A DNA stretch of 44,978 bases, from positions 1 to 44,978 of the forward strand of contig JAGLOA010000005.1 in NCBI GenBank assembly GCA_023139205.1, given 5' to 3'. Positions 8,564 through 17,696 of this stretch are shown here, piece by piece. The DNA is from Candidatus Pacearchaeota archaeon. GTDB lineage: Archaea > Nanobdellota > Nanobdellia > Pacearchaeales > GW2011-AR1. Under the pieces are notes generated by a model that searched no databases, was not told the origin of the DNA, and was given only the letters and a program-made list of their open reading frames with translations. The first letter of the stretch is position 1; each line of letters begins with the position of its first letter. The translations under genes were made by a program, and so were the position numbers.

Positions 8564-8758
8564 GTGATGATGAAAATACAGAAAAGATTTTTGAGAAAAT
8601 ACAAAGACAAAGATTATTACAAATATATTGTGAATATTCCTCCAATGGTTTTGAAAGAAACTGGATTAAAATATGGGGAAGAATTAGAAATTAAAACAGA
8701 AAAAGGGAAGATTATACTTAAGAAGAAGCTTAAGAAGCTTAAGAAGATTAAAGGGTGA
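8564..8758 (+). CDS. AbrB/MazE/SpoVT family DNA-binding protein
   Basis: YIVNIPPMVLKETGLKYGEELEIKTEKGKIIL. Confidence 0.85.
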   Translation: MMMKIQKRFLRKYKDKDYYKYIVNIPPMVLKETGLKYGEELEIKTEKGKIILKKKLKKLKKIKG

Positions 8759-8765
8759 GATGGAA

Positions 8766-9217
8766 TTAATTAAAATCTTCTTTAATTTCTTTTAATTGCT
8801 CCAAAGCAGATTCTAGCTCTTTTGTTAATTCATTTGTAATAATCTTTGGATTGGGAAGTTTGTCTAAATCGTCTAAACTTTCATCTTTCAGCCAAAAAAT
8901 ATCTAAGTTTGTTTTATCTCTCTTTAAAATTTCTTCATAATCAAAACATTTGAATCTTTCTGATTCTTTTCCTAATTCATTTAGTAATTTAATATAATGT
9001 TTTTCTAATTCTACACCTTCTTGATCTAAAAGAGACTGCCAGTTATATTTTTTTGGAATATCGCTTTTTTTATTGTAAGGGGATTTTGTTCTTTCGTGGT
9101 CCATTTTAAGAATAATAAATAAGTTAGCTGTTCAACATAATCTCCGTAAGAAAGACCATCGTCTCTAAGTACATTGCAGTAATTCCAAAGTTTGCTTACT
9201 AATTGTTGTGATGTCAT
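8766..9217 (-). pseudogene. hsdM: type I HsdM remnant (frameshift + internal deletion of catalytic core)
   Basis: N-term LVSKLWNYCNVLRDDGLSYGDYVEQLTYLLFLK; one A missing at LK/M; fused to C-term RDKTNLDIFWLKDES; no GxG or NPPF motif. Confidence 0.85.
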
Positions 9218-10161
9218 TTTTTGTTTTTTTCAAGTTTATCCTTAAGTTTTTTGTATTCTTTCATATATAATTTTATTGTGGGCATTAAATTTTTATTTAA
9301 TTCATATTCTTTTAGTGTTTTATAATATTCACTGCTATTTTCTAAATCAATATTTATTGGGGGAAGTTTATGTTTTATTAAAATATTGTTTAAGAGAATT
9401 CTTCCAACTCTTCCATTTCCATCTGCAAAAGGATGTATGTTCTCAAATTGGTTGTGGACAACAGCTCCAAGAATAAGTGCAGGATATTTTTTTTTGTTCT
9501 TGTCATGCCAGTTTATTAATTCTTTCAATAAATAATTAATTCTTGTTTGGGGGGCACCTTCATGAACTATCTGCCCAAGATTATTTGCTACAACAACTTC
9601 TTCTCCTTTTTTTCTTAGTTTCCCTGCAAAAGACTTGGAATTTTTAAAAACTATTTTATGTATTTTTTTAATTAATTCAACTGAGAAATGTTCTTTAGTT
9701 TGTCTGATAAATCTTATTGCTTCATCTACTCCGTAAGCTTCTGCAATGTCCTCTTTTGATTTGTCAGGCCATTTATCTTCTTCTAAAATTTCCCTAACTT
9801 CTTTTTGATTTAGTCTGCTTCCCTCTATTGCATTAGTGTTATAGGTGAAAATTTCAGAAAAAAGTTTCCAATCTTCTTCGGATAAATGCGAAATTTTAAG
9901 AGGGATTTCTGATTCTAATTTTTTTATTTCATTTATTTCTTCTTTAGTTAACTCAAATTCAAGGGGGTCTTTTATTATTTTATATTTATGTATCTCTTCA
10001 AGAATTAATTTTTCTGCGATTATTTTTCTTTCTTTTAGTTTTTCTGATTTTAAATCTGTTCCAAGATATTTTCTAAACTTATGAACTTTTGAGCCCTCCC
10101 TATAAGAATGAGCTAAATAATATTTTATTTTTTTTCCTGACTTTCTTTTTTCAAGGTGCAT
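9214..10161 (-). CDS. Fic family protein (canonical AMPylase motif) with N-terminal basic domain
   Basis: HPFADGNGRVGR; TYNTNAIEG. Confidence 0.95.
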   Translation of the reverse strand: MHLEKRKSGKKIKYYLAHSYREGSKVHKFRKYLGTDLKSEKLKERKIIAEKLILEEIHKYKIIKDPLEFELTKEEINEIKKLESEIPLKISHLSEEDWKLFSEIFTYNTNAIEGSRLNQKEVREILEEDKWPDKSKEDIAEAYGVDEAIRFIRQTKEHFSVELIKKIHKIVFKNSKSFAGKLRKKGEEVVVANNLGQIVHEGAPQTRINYLLKELINWHDKNKKKYPALILGAVVHNQFENIHPFADGNGRVGRILLNNILIKHKLPPINIDLENSSEYYKTLKEYELNKNLMPTIKLYMKEYKKLKDKLEKNKK

Positions 10162-10173
10162 AATAAGATAATG

Positions 10174-10235
10174 GGTGTCTACATATTTAAAGCTTTTGGT
10201 TTAGGTGTCTACATTTAGCTTATTTTGTAGTCACC
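10174..10235. promoter_or_regulatory. three GGTG(T/A)CTACA boxes upstream of fic
   Basis: GGTGTCTACAT at 10174-10184 and 10204-10214 (30 bp apart, flanking the TATA); inverted copy TGTAGTCACC at 10226-10235. Confidence 0.7.
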
Positions 10236-10265
10236 TTTTTTTACAAACTTTTGATTTAATTTGAG

Positions 10266-10317
10266 AATTAGAGTTTTAGACCATGTAATTATTGGGAATG
10301 GGAAATTTTGGAGTTGG
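10266..10317 (+). pseudogene. radC: remnant 3' end of radC
   Basis: Translates IRVLDHVIIGNGKFWSW versus IKVLDHVIIGDGKFWSW in the intact gene. Confidence 0.9.
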
Positions 10318-10355
10318 ACGGAAAAGACTTTAAAATAGTATTTATTGAGATTTAT

Positions 10356-12710
10356 ATGAATAAAAAGCAATTAACAGAAACAGATATAAGAACAAAATTC
10401 ATTACCCCTAAAATAATTGAAGCGGGATGGGATAAGGATAGTCAGATAAGAGAAGAAAAATATTTCACAGATGGGAGAATAATAATTTCAGGTAAAACTA
10501 TCAAAAGAGGGAAGCCGAAAAAAGCAGATTATATTCTTTATTATAAACCAAATATCCCTTTGGCGATTGTTGAAGCAAAAGACAATAAACATTCTGTTGG
10601 GGCAGGGATTCAACAAGGAGAAGAATATGCAAAGATTCTTGATATTCCGTTTGTTTTTAGTTCAAATGGAGATGGTTTTATTTTTTTAGATAAAGAAAAA
10701 GGTAAGGAAATAGAAATTTCTCTGGATGAATTTCCTTCTCCAAAAGAATTATGGGAAAAGTATAAACAATATAATGATATAACAGAAGACATTGAAGAAA
10801 TAATCACAACAGATTATCATTATGAGCCAGATGGAAAAAAGCCGAGGTATTATCAGAGTATTGCGGTGAACAGGGTTGTTGAAGCAGTTGCAAAAGGTCA
10901 AAAAAGAATTCTTTTGGTTATGGCTACTGGCACAGGAAAAACTTTTACTGCTTTTCAGACATTATGGAGATTAAGAGAAGGCTGGAAGAAAACAGGAAAG
11001 AAAAATCCAAGAATTTTATATTTATCAGACAGAAATATTTTAGTTGATGATCCAAAGAGAAGAGACTTTAAACCACTCTCTAAGGTTTCTGTAAAAGTTA
11101 GCAAAAGAAAAATGGACCCTGCTTATGAAGTCTTTTTTGCAATATATCAGGGCGTTTCAGGAAATGAGGATTTAATGAATATTTACAAAAACCTTTCTAA
11201 AGACTTTTTTGATATTATTGTTGTGGATGAATGTCATAGGGGAAGTGCAAAGGCAAATTCTGCATGGAGAAAAGTTTTAGAATATTTTGAACCTGCAACG
11301 CAGATTGGTATGACTGCTACTCCAAAAGAAACAAGTGATGTTTCAAATATAGATTATTTTGGGAAGCCGGTTTACACTTATTCATTAAAGCAGGGGATTG
11401 AAGACGGCTTTCTTGCTCCTTATATGGTTCTTAAAGTTGCATTAGATAAAGATATTCAGGGATACAGACCTAAGAAAGGTGAAAAGGATAAATATGGAAA
11501 TGAAATTCCAGATGAGATTTATACCAGCAGAGAGTTTGACAGGAACTTGGTAATTGATGAAAGAACTCAGATTGTTGCTAAAAAAATTACAGAATTTCTG
11601 AAGAATACAAACAGGATGGATAAAACAATTGTTTTTTGTGTTGATATTGAGCATGCAGAGAGAATGAAAAGGGTGTTGAAAAATGAGAATTCTGATATGT
11701 ATAAGAAAAATAAAAAATATATTATGAGGATTACTGGGGATGAGAAAATTGGAAAAGCTCATTTAGATGATTTTTTAGATCCTTCGCAAAAATATCCTGT
11801 TATTGTAACAACTTCAAAACTTTTATCCACAGGGGTTGATGCTCAAACATGCAAATTAATTGTTTTAGATGCAAACATTAATTCAATGACTGAATTTAAA
11901 CAAATTATTGGAAGAGGGACAAGAATAAATTTAGATTATGATAAACATTTTTTCACAATTATTGATTTTAGAAATGTTACGAATAAATTTGCTGATAAAG
12001 ATTTTGATGGAGACCCTGTTCAGTTAATCACATTTAAACAAGATGAAGAAATTAAACCAGAGGAAATTGAAGATGAAGGGTTAGAAGAAGGGGAGAAGAT
12101 TATTTATCAAAAACCAGATGTTAATATTTATGAAGAAGAAACAAGACCTAAAAAATATTATGTTAAAGAATCAGAAGTTAAAGTAATTAATGAGTCTTAT
12201 CAATATTTGGATTCTTCAGGCAAGTTGATTACAGAATCAATTAGGGATTATACAAAAAAAGGGATTAAGAAGAAATACAGGACAATGAATGATTTTATTC
12301 AGAACTGGAATATTGCTGACCAGAAAAGAGCATTGATTGATGAGCTTCAGGAATACGGGCTTATTTTAGAGGCATTGAGAGAGCAGGTTCCAAACGGAAA
12401 ATCCTATGATGCTTTTGATTTGATTTTGCATATTGCTTATGGAAAAAAACCTTTAACAAGAAGTGAGAGGGCAAAAAAAGTTAAGAAAGATTCTTATTTT
12501 GAAAAATATGGGGAAAAGGCAAGAGAAGTAATAAATGCGTTGTTAGATAAATACAGCTGTGAGGGAATTGCGAATTTAGAAGATGCTGAAGTTTTAAGAG
12601 TTAAACCCTTGGATGAATTTGGAAGACCTTTAGAGATTATGAAAATGTTTGGGGGGAAGGTGCAATATGCTAAGATGATTAAAGAGTTAGAGGGAGCTTT
12701 ATATAAATAA
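10356..12710 (+). CDS. hsdR: type I restriction subunit R (EcoAI/EcoEI-like)
   Basis: ADY...VEAK nuclease, MATGTGKT, DECH, TATP, QIIGRGTR; ATG 10356 lies 27 nt after a TATA box. Confidence 0.97.
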   Translation: MNKKQLTETDIRTKFITPKIIEAGWDKDSQIREEKYFTDGRIIISGKTIKRGKPKKADYILYYKPNIPLAIVEAKDNKHSVGAGIQQGEEYAKILDIPFVFSSNGDGFIFLDKEKGKEIEISLDEFPSPKELWEKYKQYNDITEDIEEIITTDYHYEPDGKKPRYYQSIAVNRVVEAVAKGQKRILLVMATGTGKTFTAFQTLWRLREGWKKTGKKNPRILYLSDRNILVDDPKRRDFKPLSKVSVKVSKRKMDPAYEVFFAIYQGVSGNEDLMNIYKNLSKDFFDIIVVDECHRGSAKANSAWRKVLEYFEPATQIGMTATPKETSDVSNIDYFGKPVYTYSLKQGIEDGFLAPYMVLKVALDKDIQGYRPKKGEKDKYGNEIPDEIYTSREFDRNLVIDERTQIVAKKITEFLKNTNRMDKTIVFCVDIEHAERMKRVLKNENSDMYKKNKKYIMRITGDEKIGKAHLDDFLDPSQKYPVIVTTSKLLSTGVDAQTCKLIVLDANINSMTEFKQIIGRGTRINLDYDKHFFTIIDFRNVTNKFADKDFDGDPVQLITFKQDEEIKPEEIEDEGLEEGEKIIYQKPDVNIYEEETRPKKYYVKESEVKVINESYQYLDSSGKLITESIRDYTKKGIKKKYRTMNDFIQNWNIADQKRALIDELQEYGLILEALREQVPNGKSYDAFDLILHIAYGKKPLTRSERAKKVKKDSYFEKYGEKAREVINALLDKYSCEGIANLEDAEVLRVKPLDEFGRPLEIMKMFGGKVQYAKMIKELEGALYK

Positions 12711-12725
12711 GACAGGGAGTTAATA

Positions 12726-13511
12726 ATGAAAGAATTAAATTTAAAAGATGAGAAAAAAATGCTGATTTTTGATATTAAGGACAACCTTTGTCCTTATTGT
12801 AGTTATCCCTTATCTGAAGATGAGAATCCCTATTTTAGAAACCAATGTTACAGTTGCAATTCGATTGCAAAAGCTATAAGAGATGCACCTCAAAATTCTT
12901 TTATCAAAAAAATGCCAACAAGACCATATTACTTTGATAAAATAGTTTGTCTTGGAGAATATTATAAATTAAAGGAATCCCTCAAAGAATCAAAGGATCC
13001 TGCTCACCTTTTATCATTATGTATAATACATTATAAAGATCACACAGATAATGTGGAATTCTTTTCTAGTTTATTGAAACAAAAAATAGAAAATTTTATG
13101 GAGAAAAATTTGCTGAGAAAAAAAGATATTATATTATGCGGAATTCCTGATTTAATCTCTAAAGAACACCAGAAAACTGATTTATTATGCAAAAAAATAT
13201 CCCAGAAAACAGGAATTGTATATATTCCTTTTGTCAAAAAAGTAAAAGAGATCCCAAAACAGCATAAGAAAGAAAAAATTATTGAAAGGTATGAGAATGT
13301 TCAAGGAGCATATGTAATAGATGAGAAACGAAAATTTGACATAGATAAAAAAATTATTTTTTTAATTGATGATATTATTAGTACAATGGCAAGTGTAAGT
13401 GAATGTTCAAAAAAATTAAAGGGAAGTGGTGCAAAAAAAGTGTATGTTTTTGCTTTAGGAAGAAATATCTTTAGACCAAAACAAGGAGGGGAAAAAAATG
13501 AACATATATGA
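12726..13511 (+). CDS. ComF-like phosphoribosyltransferase with Zn ribbon
   Basis: CPYC...CYSC, R..NV.GAY, IFLIDDIISTMASV PRPP loop, GAKKVYVFAL. Confidence 0.85.
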   Translation: MKELNLKDEKKMLIFDIKDNLCPYCSYPLSEDENPYFRNQCYSCNSIAKAIRDAPQNSFIKKMPTRPYYFDKIVCLGEYYKLKESLKESKDPAHLLSLCIIHYKDHTDNVEFFSSLLKQKIENFMEKNLLRKKDIILCGIPDLISKEHQKTDLLCKKISQKTGIVYIPFVKKVKEIPKQHKKEKIIERYENVQGAYVIDEKRKFDIDKKIIFLIDDIISTMASVSECSKKLKGSGAKKVYVFALGRNIFRPKQGGEKNEHI

Positions 13512-14433
13512 TTATGTTTTGGAAAAATTAGCAGAGAATAAGAGATTAACAGATCCTCTTGTGGTTAGGTACGGGGATGCGGAGAAAATTCTCAACCTTT
13601 CCAATGATGAAATTGCTAAGATTCTTTTTTCTACTCAAATACATGAAGAATCTATTAAAAAATTCTTAGAAAATAAAAGCGAGTTTAATTCAAACCCAAA
13701 GGAATTTATTTCAAGGTATAATCTAGAAGTAGAGAGAATAAGAAAAACATTTGGAGTAGAAATAATTTCTTTTTCAGATAAGGAATATCCCCCTCAACTA
13801 AAAAAAATAAAAGAAATCCCTCTTAGCCTTTATGTTAAAGGAAAATTAAATTTTAATTACGAAAAAAGTGTTTCTATTGTGGGGACTAGGAAACTAACAA
13901 TCTATGCAAAGAAGAAAGTCAGAGAGATGACCTCTGAATTAGTGAAAAAAGGATTTTGTATAATTAGTGGTCTAGCAAGGGGAATTGATACTGAGGCACA
14001 TACATCCACGATTCTCGCAGGAGGGAAAACCATCGCAGTTTTACCCTATATAAATGAAATTTATCCTCCTGAAAATGAACCTTTATCTAAAGAAATCATA
14101 GATTCAGGGGGGGCAATTGTTTCTGAGAATTGTTTTTTTTCAAGACAATACAACCGTTCATTATTCCCTCAGAGAAACCGAATGATTAGTGGGCTTTCTA
14201 AAGGGGTTTTTATCGTTGAGGGTTCAAGGATAAGTGGATCTTTGTCCCAATATAACCATGCTAAAAGGCAAGGAAAGATAATTTTTTCATTAAAACCAAT
14301 TTATAAACATGAAGGAGATTACCTCCCAAGATTAATTATGGGACAACAAGGGAATTGGGTTACCTCCAGCGAAGATATTATCAGATTGTTAGGGGAGAAA
14401 AGAAGGAACCAGAAAAGTCTTTATTATCTATAA
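13498..14433 (+). CDS. dprA: DprA/Smf ssDNA-binding protein
   Basis: YPPQL, SIVGTR, IISGLARGIDTEAH, RNRMISGLS, VEG...SGSL; lacks a C-terminal winged helix. Confidence 0.93.
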   Translation: MNIYDYVLEKLAENKRLTDPLVVRYGDAEKILNLSNDEIAKILFSTQIHEESIKKFLENKSEFNSNPKEFISRYNLEVERIRKTFGVEIISFSDKEYPPQLKKIKEIPLSLYVKGKLNFNYEKSVSIVGTRKLTIYAKKKVREMTSELVKKGFCIISGLARGIDTEAHTSTILAGGKTIAVLPYINEIYPPENEPLSKEIIDSGGAIVSENCFFSRQYNRSLFPQRNRMISGLSKGVFIVEGSRISGSLSQYNHAKRQGKIIFSLKPIYKHEGDYLPRLIMGQQGNWVTSSEDIIRLLGEKRRNQKSLYYL

Positions 14434-14470
14434 TTTAAACACCTCCCAAAAAACAACCTCCATCAACAAC

Positions 14471-15070
14471 TCAAAACTTTTTAATCTCTTTTGCTAATAT
14501 TCTCTTTTCAAAAAGAATCATCTTAATAAGTTCATTTAAATATTTAAAAGGCGGATCCCTATAGAATTCAAACTCATTATTATATTCTTTTAAAGATACT
14601 TCTGGGAATGTGGTATATGTAATTAAAGAAGCATTCATCTTATTTTGTATCTGAAATATTGAATGAATATATTTTGGAGATATAAATTTAAATGAAAGGA
14701 ATATTTGTTTTAACCTCTCCAAAGAAAAAATTCTTTCTTTAATATCTGAAACAAAATTTTTCATTTTATGTTCCTTTGGATACTTAATAGTATTCTCAAA
14801 TGAATTATATTTTTTTAAAATATCTTCTTCAATAAATCTAATAAATTTATCATTTTTGTCAATTTTATTAATAAGATTTGTTTTTACTTCTAAAAATAAT
14901 CTGCAAGAGGTGGTTATCCTATTCAAATCTCCATCATACTCAATTAATAAAATTCTTTTTACTTTTTTCCATCGATGATTTTCTATTAAATATAAAATAA
15001 AAGTAACAATTAAAGCAGAAATTATTCCACTAATTATCCCAAAAGCTACTAAATTTATTATGCCATTCAT
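14471..15070 (-). CDS. hypothetical protein with N-terminal TM helix
   Basis: 199-aa ORF immediately after the hsdS stop. Confidence 0.8.
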   Translation of the reverse strand: MNGIINLVAFGIISGIISALIVTFILYLIENHRWKKVKRILLIEYDGDLNRITTSCRLFLEVKTNLINKIDKNDKFIRFIEEDILKKYNSFENTIKYPKEHKMKNFVSDIKERIFSLERLKQIFLSFKFISPKYIHSIFQIQNKMNASLITYTTFPEVSLKEYNNEFEFYRDPPFKYLNELIKMILFEKRILAKEIKKF

Positions 15071-15073
15071 TTT

Positions 15074-16396
15074 TCAAAACTCTCCCCCCAAAACCGCTCC
15101 CATCAACCTTTCACTATCTTTTTTATTCCCCTTAATCCTCAACTCCAACCCATCACACAAACTAATCAACCTATTAACTTTTTCAACAATCCGATGCTGT
15201 TCAGCAAGAGGCGGGAGTGGAAATTCTAAATTTGTTAAATCAGACATTTTCAGATTGGGTTGTAATCCTGTTTTTCCGAACCTTGATTTGAATTTATTTA
15301 ATACTTGATTTGTTTTAAGAAATAAATAAAGATAGCCAAAATTTATTTTTTCAGTTTTTTTAATTGTAGCAACTCGCTGATTTAATAGAGATTGATTATA
15401 ACTCTCTGGGCAAATACAAACCTTCAATCCACTTAAAATATAAGGACGGGTAAGAGAAATAAGTATGTCTCCGTTATTTATCTGAAAATTTGAATATTTT
15501 TCTAAAAAATTCTTTGGCAAATAATCTTCTGTTTCAATAAATTCTCCAACCCCCACATTAGTTATTTTTATAGATTTAATTCCTGACTTTTTATTAAAGT
15601 CTTTACTATCAAAACTATTTCCTGCAAATATTCTACAAACATCCCCCAACCTCACCCACTCCCATCCCCTCGGCAATTTAGAAGGAATTTCATCTTCTTC
15701 AATTTTAGGCAACTCTTTTCCCTTTCTAATCTTCCCATCCTTAATCAACCTCTCCTTTTCTTTCTTAATCTTCTTCAACAATTCAGACACAGGCTCGTCC
15801 TTTGGATTTTGTTCAACAAGTTTTCCTTGAACTGCTTCTTGAAGAATTGCTTGGCGAAGTTTTGATAATAAATCTTGATCATAAGAAACATTTTTTTCTA
15901 GTTGTTTTATTTCATTTTCCATTGATTGAATTTTTTTAAGAACTTTCTCTTGGTCTTTTTCAGAAGGATAAGGAATTTCAATCTCCAATAACTTGTTTTC
16001 ATGTAATGCTTTTTGGGCAGTTCCTATTGGAACAAGTTTATTTACTTCTTTTTTGAAAATAGGAGATTTAATAAAATTAAGAAGATAATCTGGATTTATG
16101 TTTACTATTTCAAACATAGGCATATTCTCAGTAACAACACAACCATTAACTTCTGCAGGACAAATTCCAATTCCACCCTTCATAACTCCCTGTCGAATAA
16201 AAATTAAAGTATTTGGATGATTTTCTAAATCAATTAAAAATTGTCTTTTTCTTCCGATATTAATCCCATGTTTTTCTCCACGAAAAGAAACTTTGCCAGT
16301 TTGAGAAATTTTAACTTGCCGATAAGTTTTATCATTTTGAATCATATGTTTATTTTTATAATTCTTCAATAATTGTTTTAGTTTAACTTTTTTCAT
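15074..16396 (-). CDS. hsdS: type I restriction specificity subunit
   Basis: Two TRDs, IPYPS...Q, LRQAILQEAVQGKL, LP.GWEWVRLGD, PLPPLAEQHRIV; ATG 16396 (alternative TTG 16405). Confidence 0.95.
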   Translation of the reverse strand: MKKVKLKQLLKNYKNKHMIQNDKTYRQVKISQTGKVSFRGEKHGINIGRKRQFLIDLENHPNTLIFIRQGVMKGGIGICPAEVNGCVVTENMPMFEIVNINPDYLLNFIKSPIFKKEVNKLVPIGTAQKALHENKLLEIEIPYPSEKDQEKVLKKIQSMENEIKQLEKNVSYDQDLLSKLRQAILQEAVQGKLVEQNPKDEPVSELLKKIKKEKERLIKDGKIRKGKELPKIEEDEIPSKLPRGWEWVRLGDVCRIFAGNSFDSKDFNKKSGIKSIKITNVGVGEFIETEDYLPKNFLEKYSNFQINNGDILISLTRPYILSGLKVCICPESYNQSLLNQRVATIKKTEKINFGYLYLFLKTNQVLNKFKSRFGKTGLQPNLKMSDLTNLEFPLPPLAEQHRIVEKVNRLISLCDGLELRIKGNKKDSERLMGAVLGGEF

Positions 16397-17696
16397 TTTT
16401 AACAAATCCTCCGTTAATTTTTCTTCTTTCTAAACTTTCAATAAAATTATTATGTTGTTCGTACATTCTTTCTATATAATCTTTCCTCGATTGAATCGGT
16501 TCAATTTTCTTCAATTCAGAACTAAATTCTTCTAAGAAAGGTTGAATTTGTTTTTTATTAATAGAATCTAAATCTTTATTTTCTTTTTTAAATAAACATT
16601 CATATAACAAATAAATCTGAATCTGGACTATGCTCACTTTGTTAATATCCAGACCAATATTTGTTTTTACTATTTCTTGTAAAATCCCTCTTGATTGCAT
16701 TACTGAAGACTCAATTACATATTCTTCATTGTTTTTTATTAAATTATCTATTTCTTTTTCTCCTAAATTTAATATGTTATCAATACAATCAAGAGAAGAA
16801 TTCTTTCCTTCTTTGGCAAATTCAATTCCGGAAACAGTAATGTAATTGTTAATTAATCCCTTAAATCTAGGGAGATTAATCTTTTTTCTAAATTCTACAA
16901 GTAATTTTAATATAGCTCTTGCTTCCATTTCATTAGAACTAATAAGTAAATGATGGATTTCTATAAATTTTTGGATTTTGTTTTTGTCTGAAAATTCATT
17001 TCCTTCATTTACTTTTTTAATTTCTTCTAAGATATCTTTACTTATTGAAACAGGATCAATATATTTGCCAACTAAATAAAATTGAGAAACAATTAAAATT
17101 AATCCAAGAAGGACTAAAAAAAGAGCAACTTCTTCCATAAAGAGATTTGAATAAAAATAAGAAGTCAGACAAAAGAGAATTGAGAAAATAAAGAAGACCA
17201 TAGAAGCAGAAATAGCCTTGTCTTTAATGTATCTTTTAACAATTAATGAAGAAAATTTCTTGGATGAAACTTGTATTGCTATTAATGAAATAGAAAATAT
17301 TAATACAAATAAACTTCCAAATAGAGTAATTAAGGTATTAAAATATTGCGTTCTTATTTGTGAACCTAAGCTAATAAAATTAAATAAACTTGGATATATT
17401 GCCATTAAAATTAAAATTATTATTCCAAGAATAAACGCTATAAAAGGGTATTTTATGAAAAATTTCCTAAAGTTCAAATTTTTGAAAAAATGAATAAATT
17501 TTTTATCCAGATCATATTTTCTCCCCAACCAAATAAAAAAAGTATAAATTAAAATTAATAGAATAGAAATTGTAAAAATATAAATTCCTGCCTTTATTCC
17601 ATTTTGAATTTTTAATCCATAGTATAAAACCAATCCTGCGATTATCCCAACAATCAAGTTATCCCAATATTTCTTAAATAGTTCTGAAAATTTCAT
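16383..17696 (-). CDS. multi-pass membrane protein (DUF2254-like) with soluble C-terminus
   Basis: About 6 TM; FSISLIAIQVSS.KFS and YIDP pattern. Confidence 0.7.
   Translation of the reverse strand: MKFSELFKKYWDNLIVGIIAGLVLYYGLKIQNGIKAGIYIFTISILLILIYTFFIWLGRKYDLDKKFIHFFKNLNFRKFFIKYPFIAFILGIIILILMAIYPSLFNFISLGSQIRTQYFNTLITLFGSLFVLIFSISLIAIQVSSKKFSSLIVKRYIKDKAISASMVFFIFSILFCLTSYFYSNLFMEEVALFLVLLGLILIVSQFYLVGKYIDPVSISKDILEEIKKVNEGNEFSDKNKIQKFIEIHHLLISSNEMEARAILKLLVEFRKKINLPRFKGLINNYITVSGIEFAKEGKNSSLDCIDNILNLGEKEIDNLIKNNEEYVIESSVMQSRGILQEIVKTNIGLDINKVSIVQIQIYLLYECLFKKENKDLDSINKKQIQPFLEEFSSELKKIEPIQSRKDYIERMYEQHNNFIESLERRKINGGFVKNEKS

Larger units (their letters stand above)
5579..10317. mobile_element. 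integrase-less island bounded by duplicated radC 3' ends
   Basis: 5509-5560 matches 10266-10317 at 45/52 nt (last 20 nt identical); cargo is phage/defence-type genes. Confidence 0.7.

Noticed and set aside
8718-8750. AAGAAGCTT tandem repeat
   Set aside because: Only 2-3 units encoding a KKL low-complexity tail.
15074-16396. Invertible hsdS shufflon or DGR/retron-type diversification
   Set aside because: Only one hsdS; no recombinase, reverse transcriptase or template repeat seen in the window.
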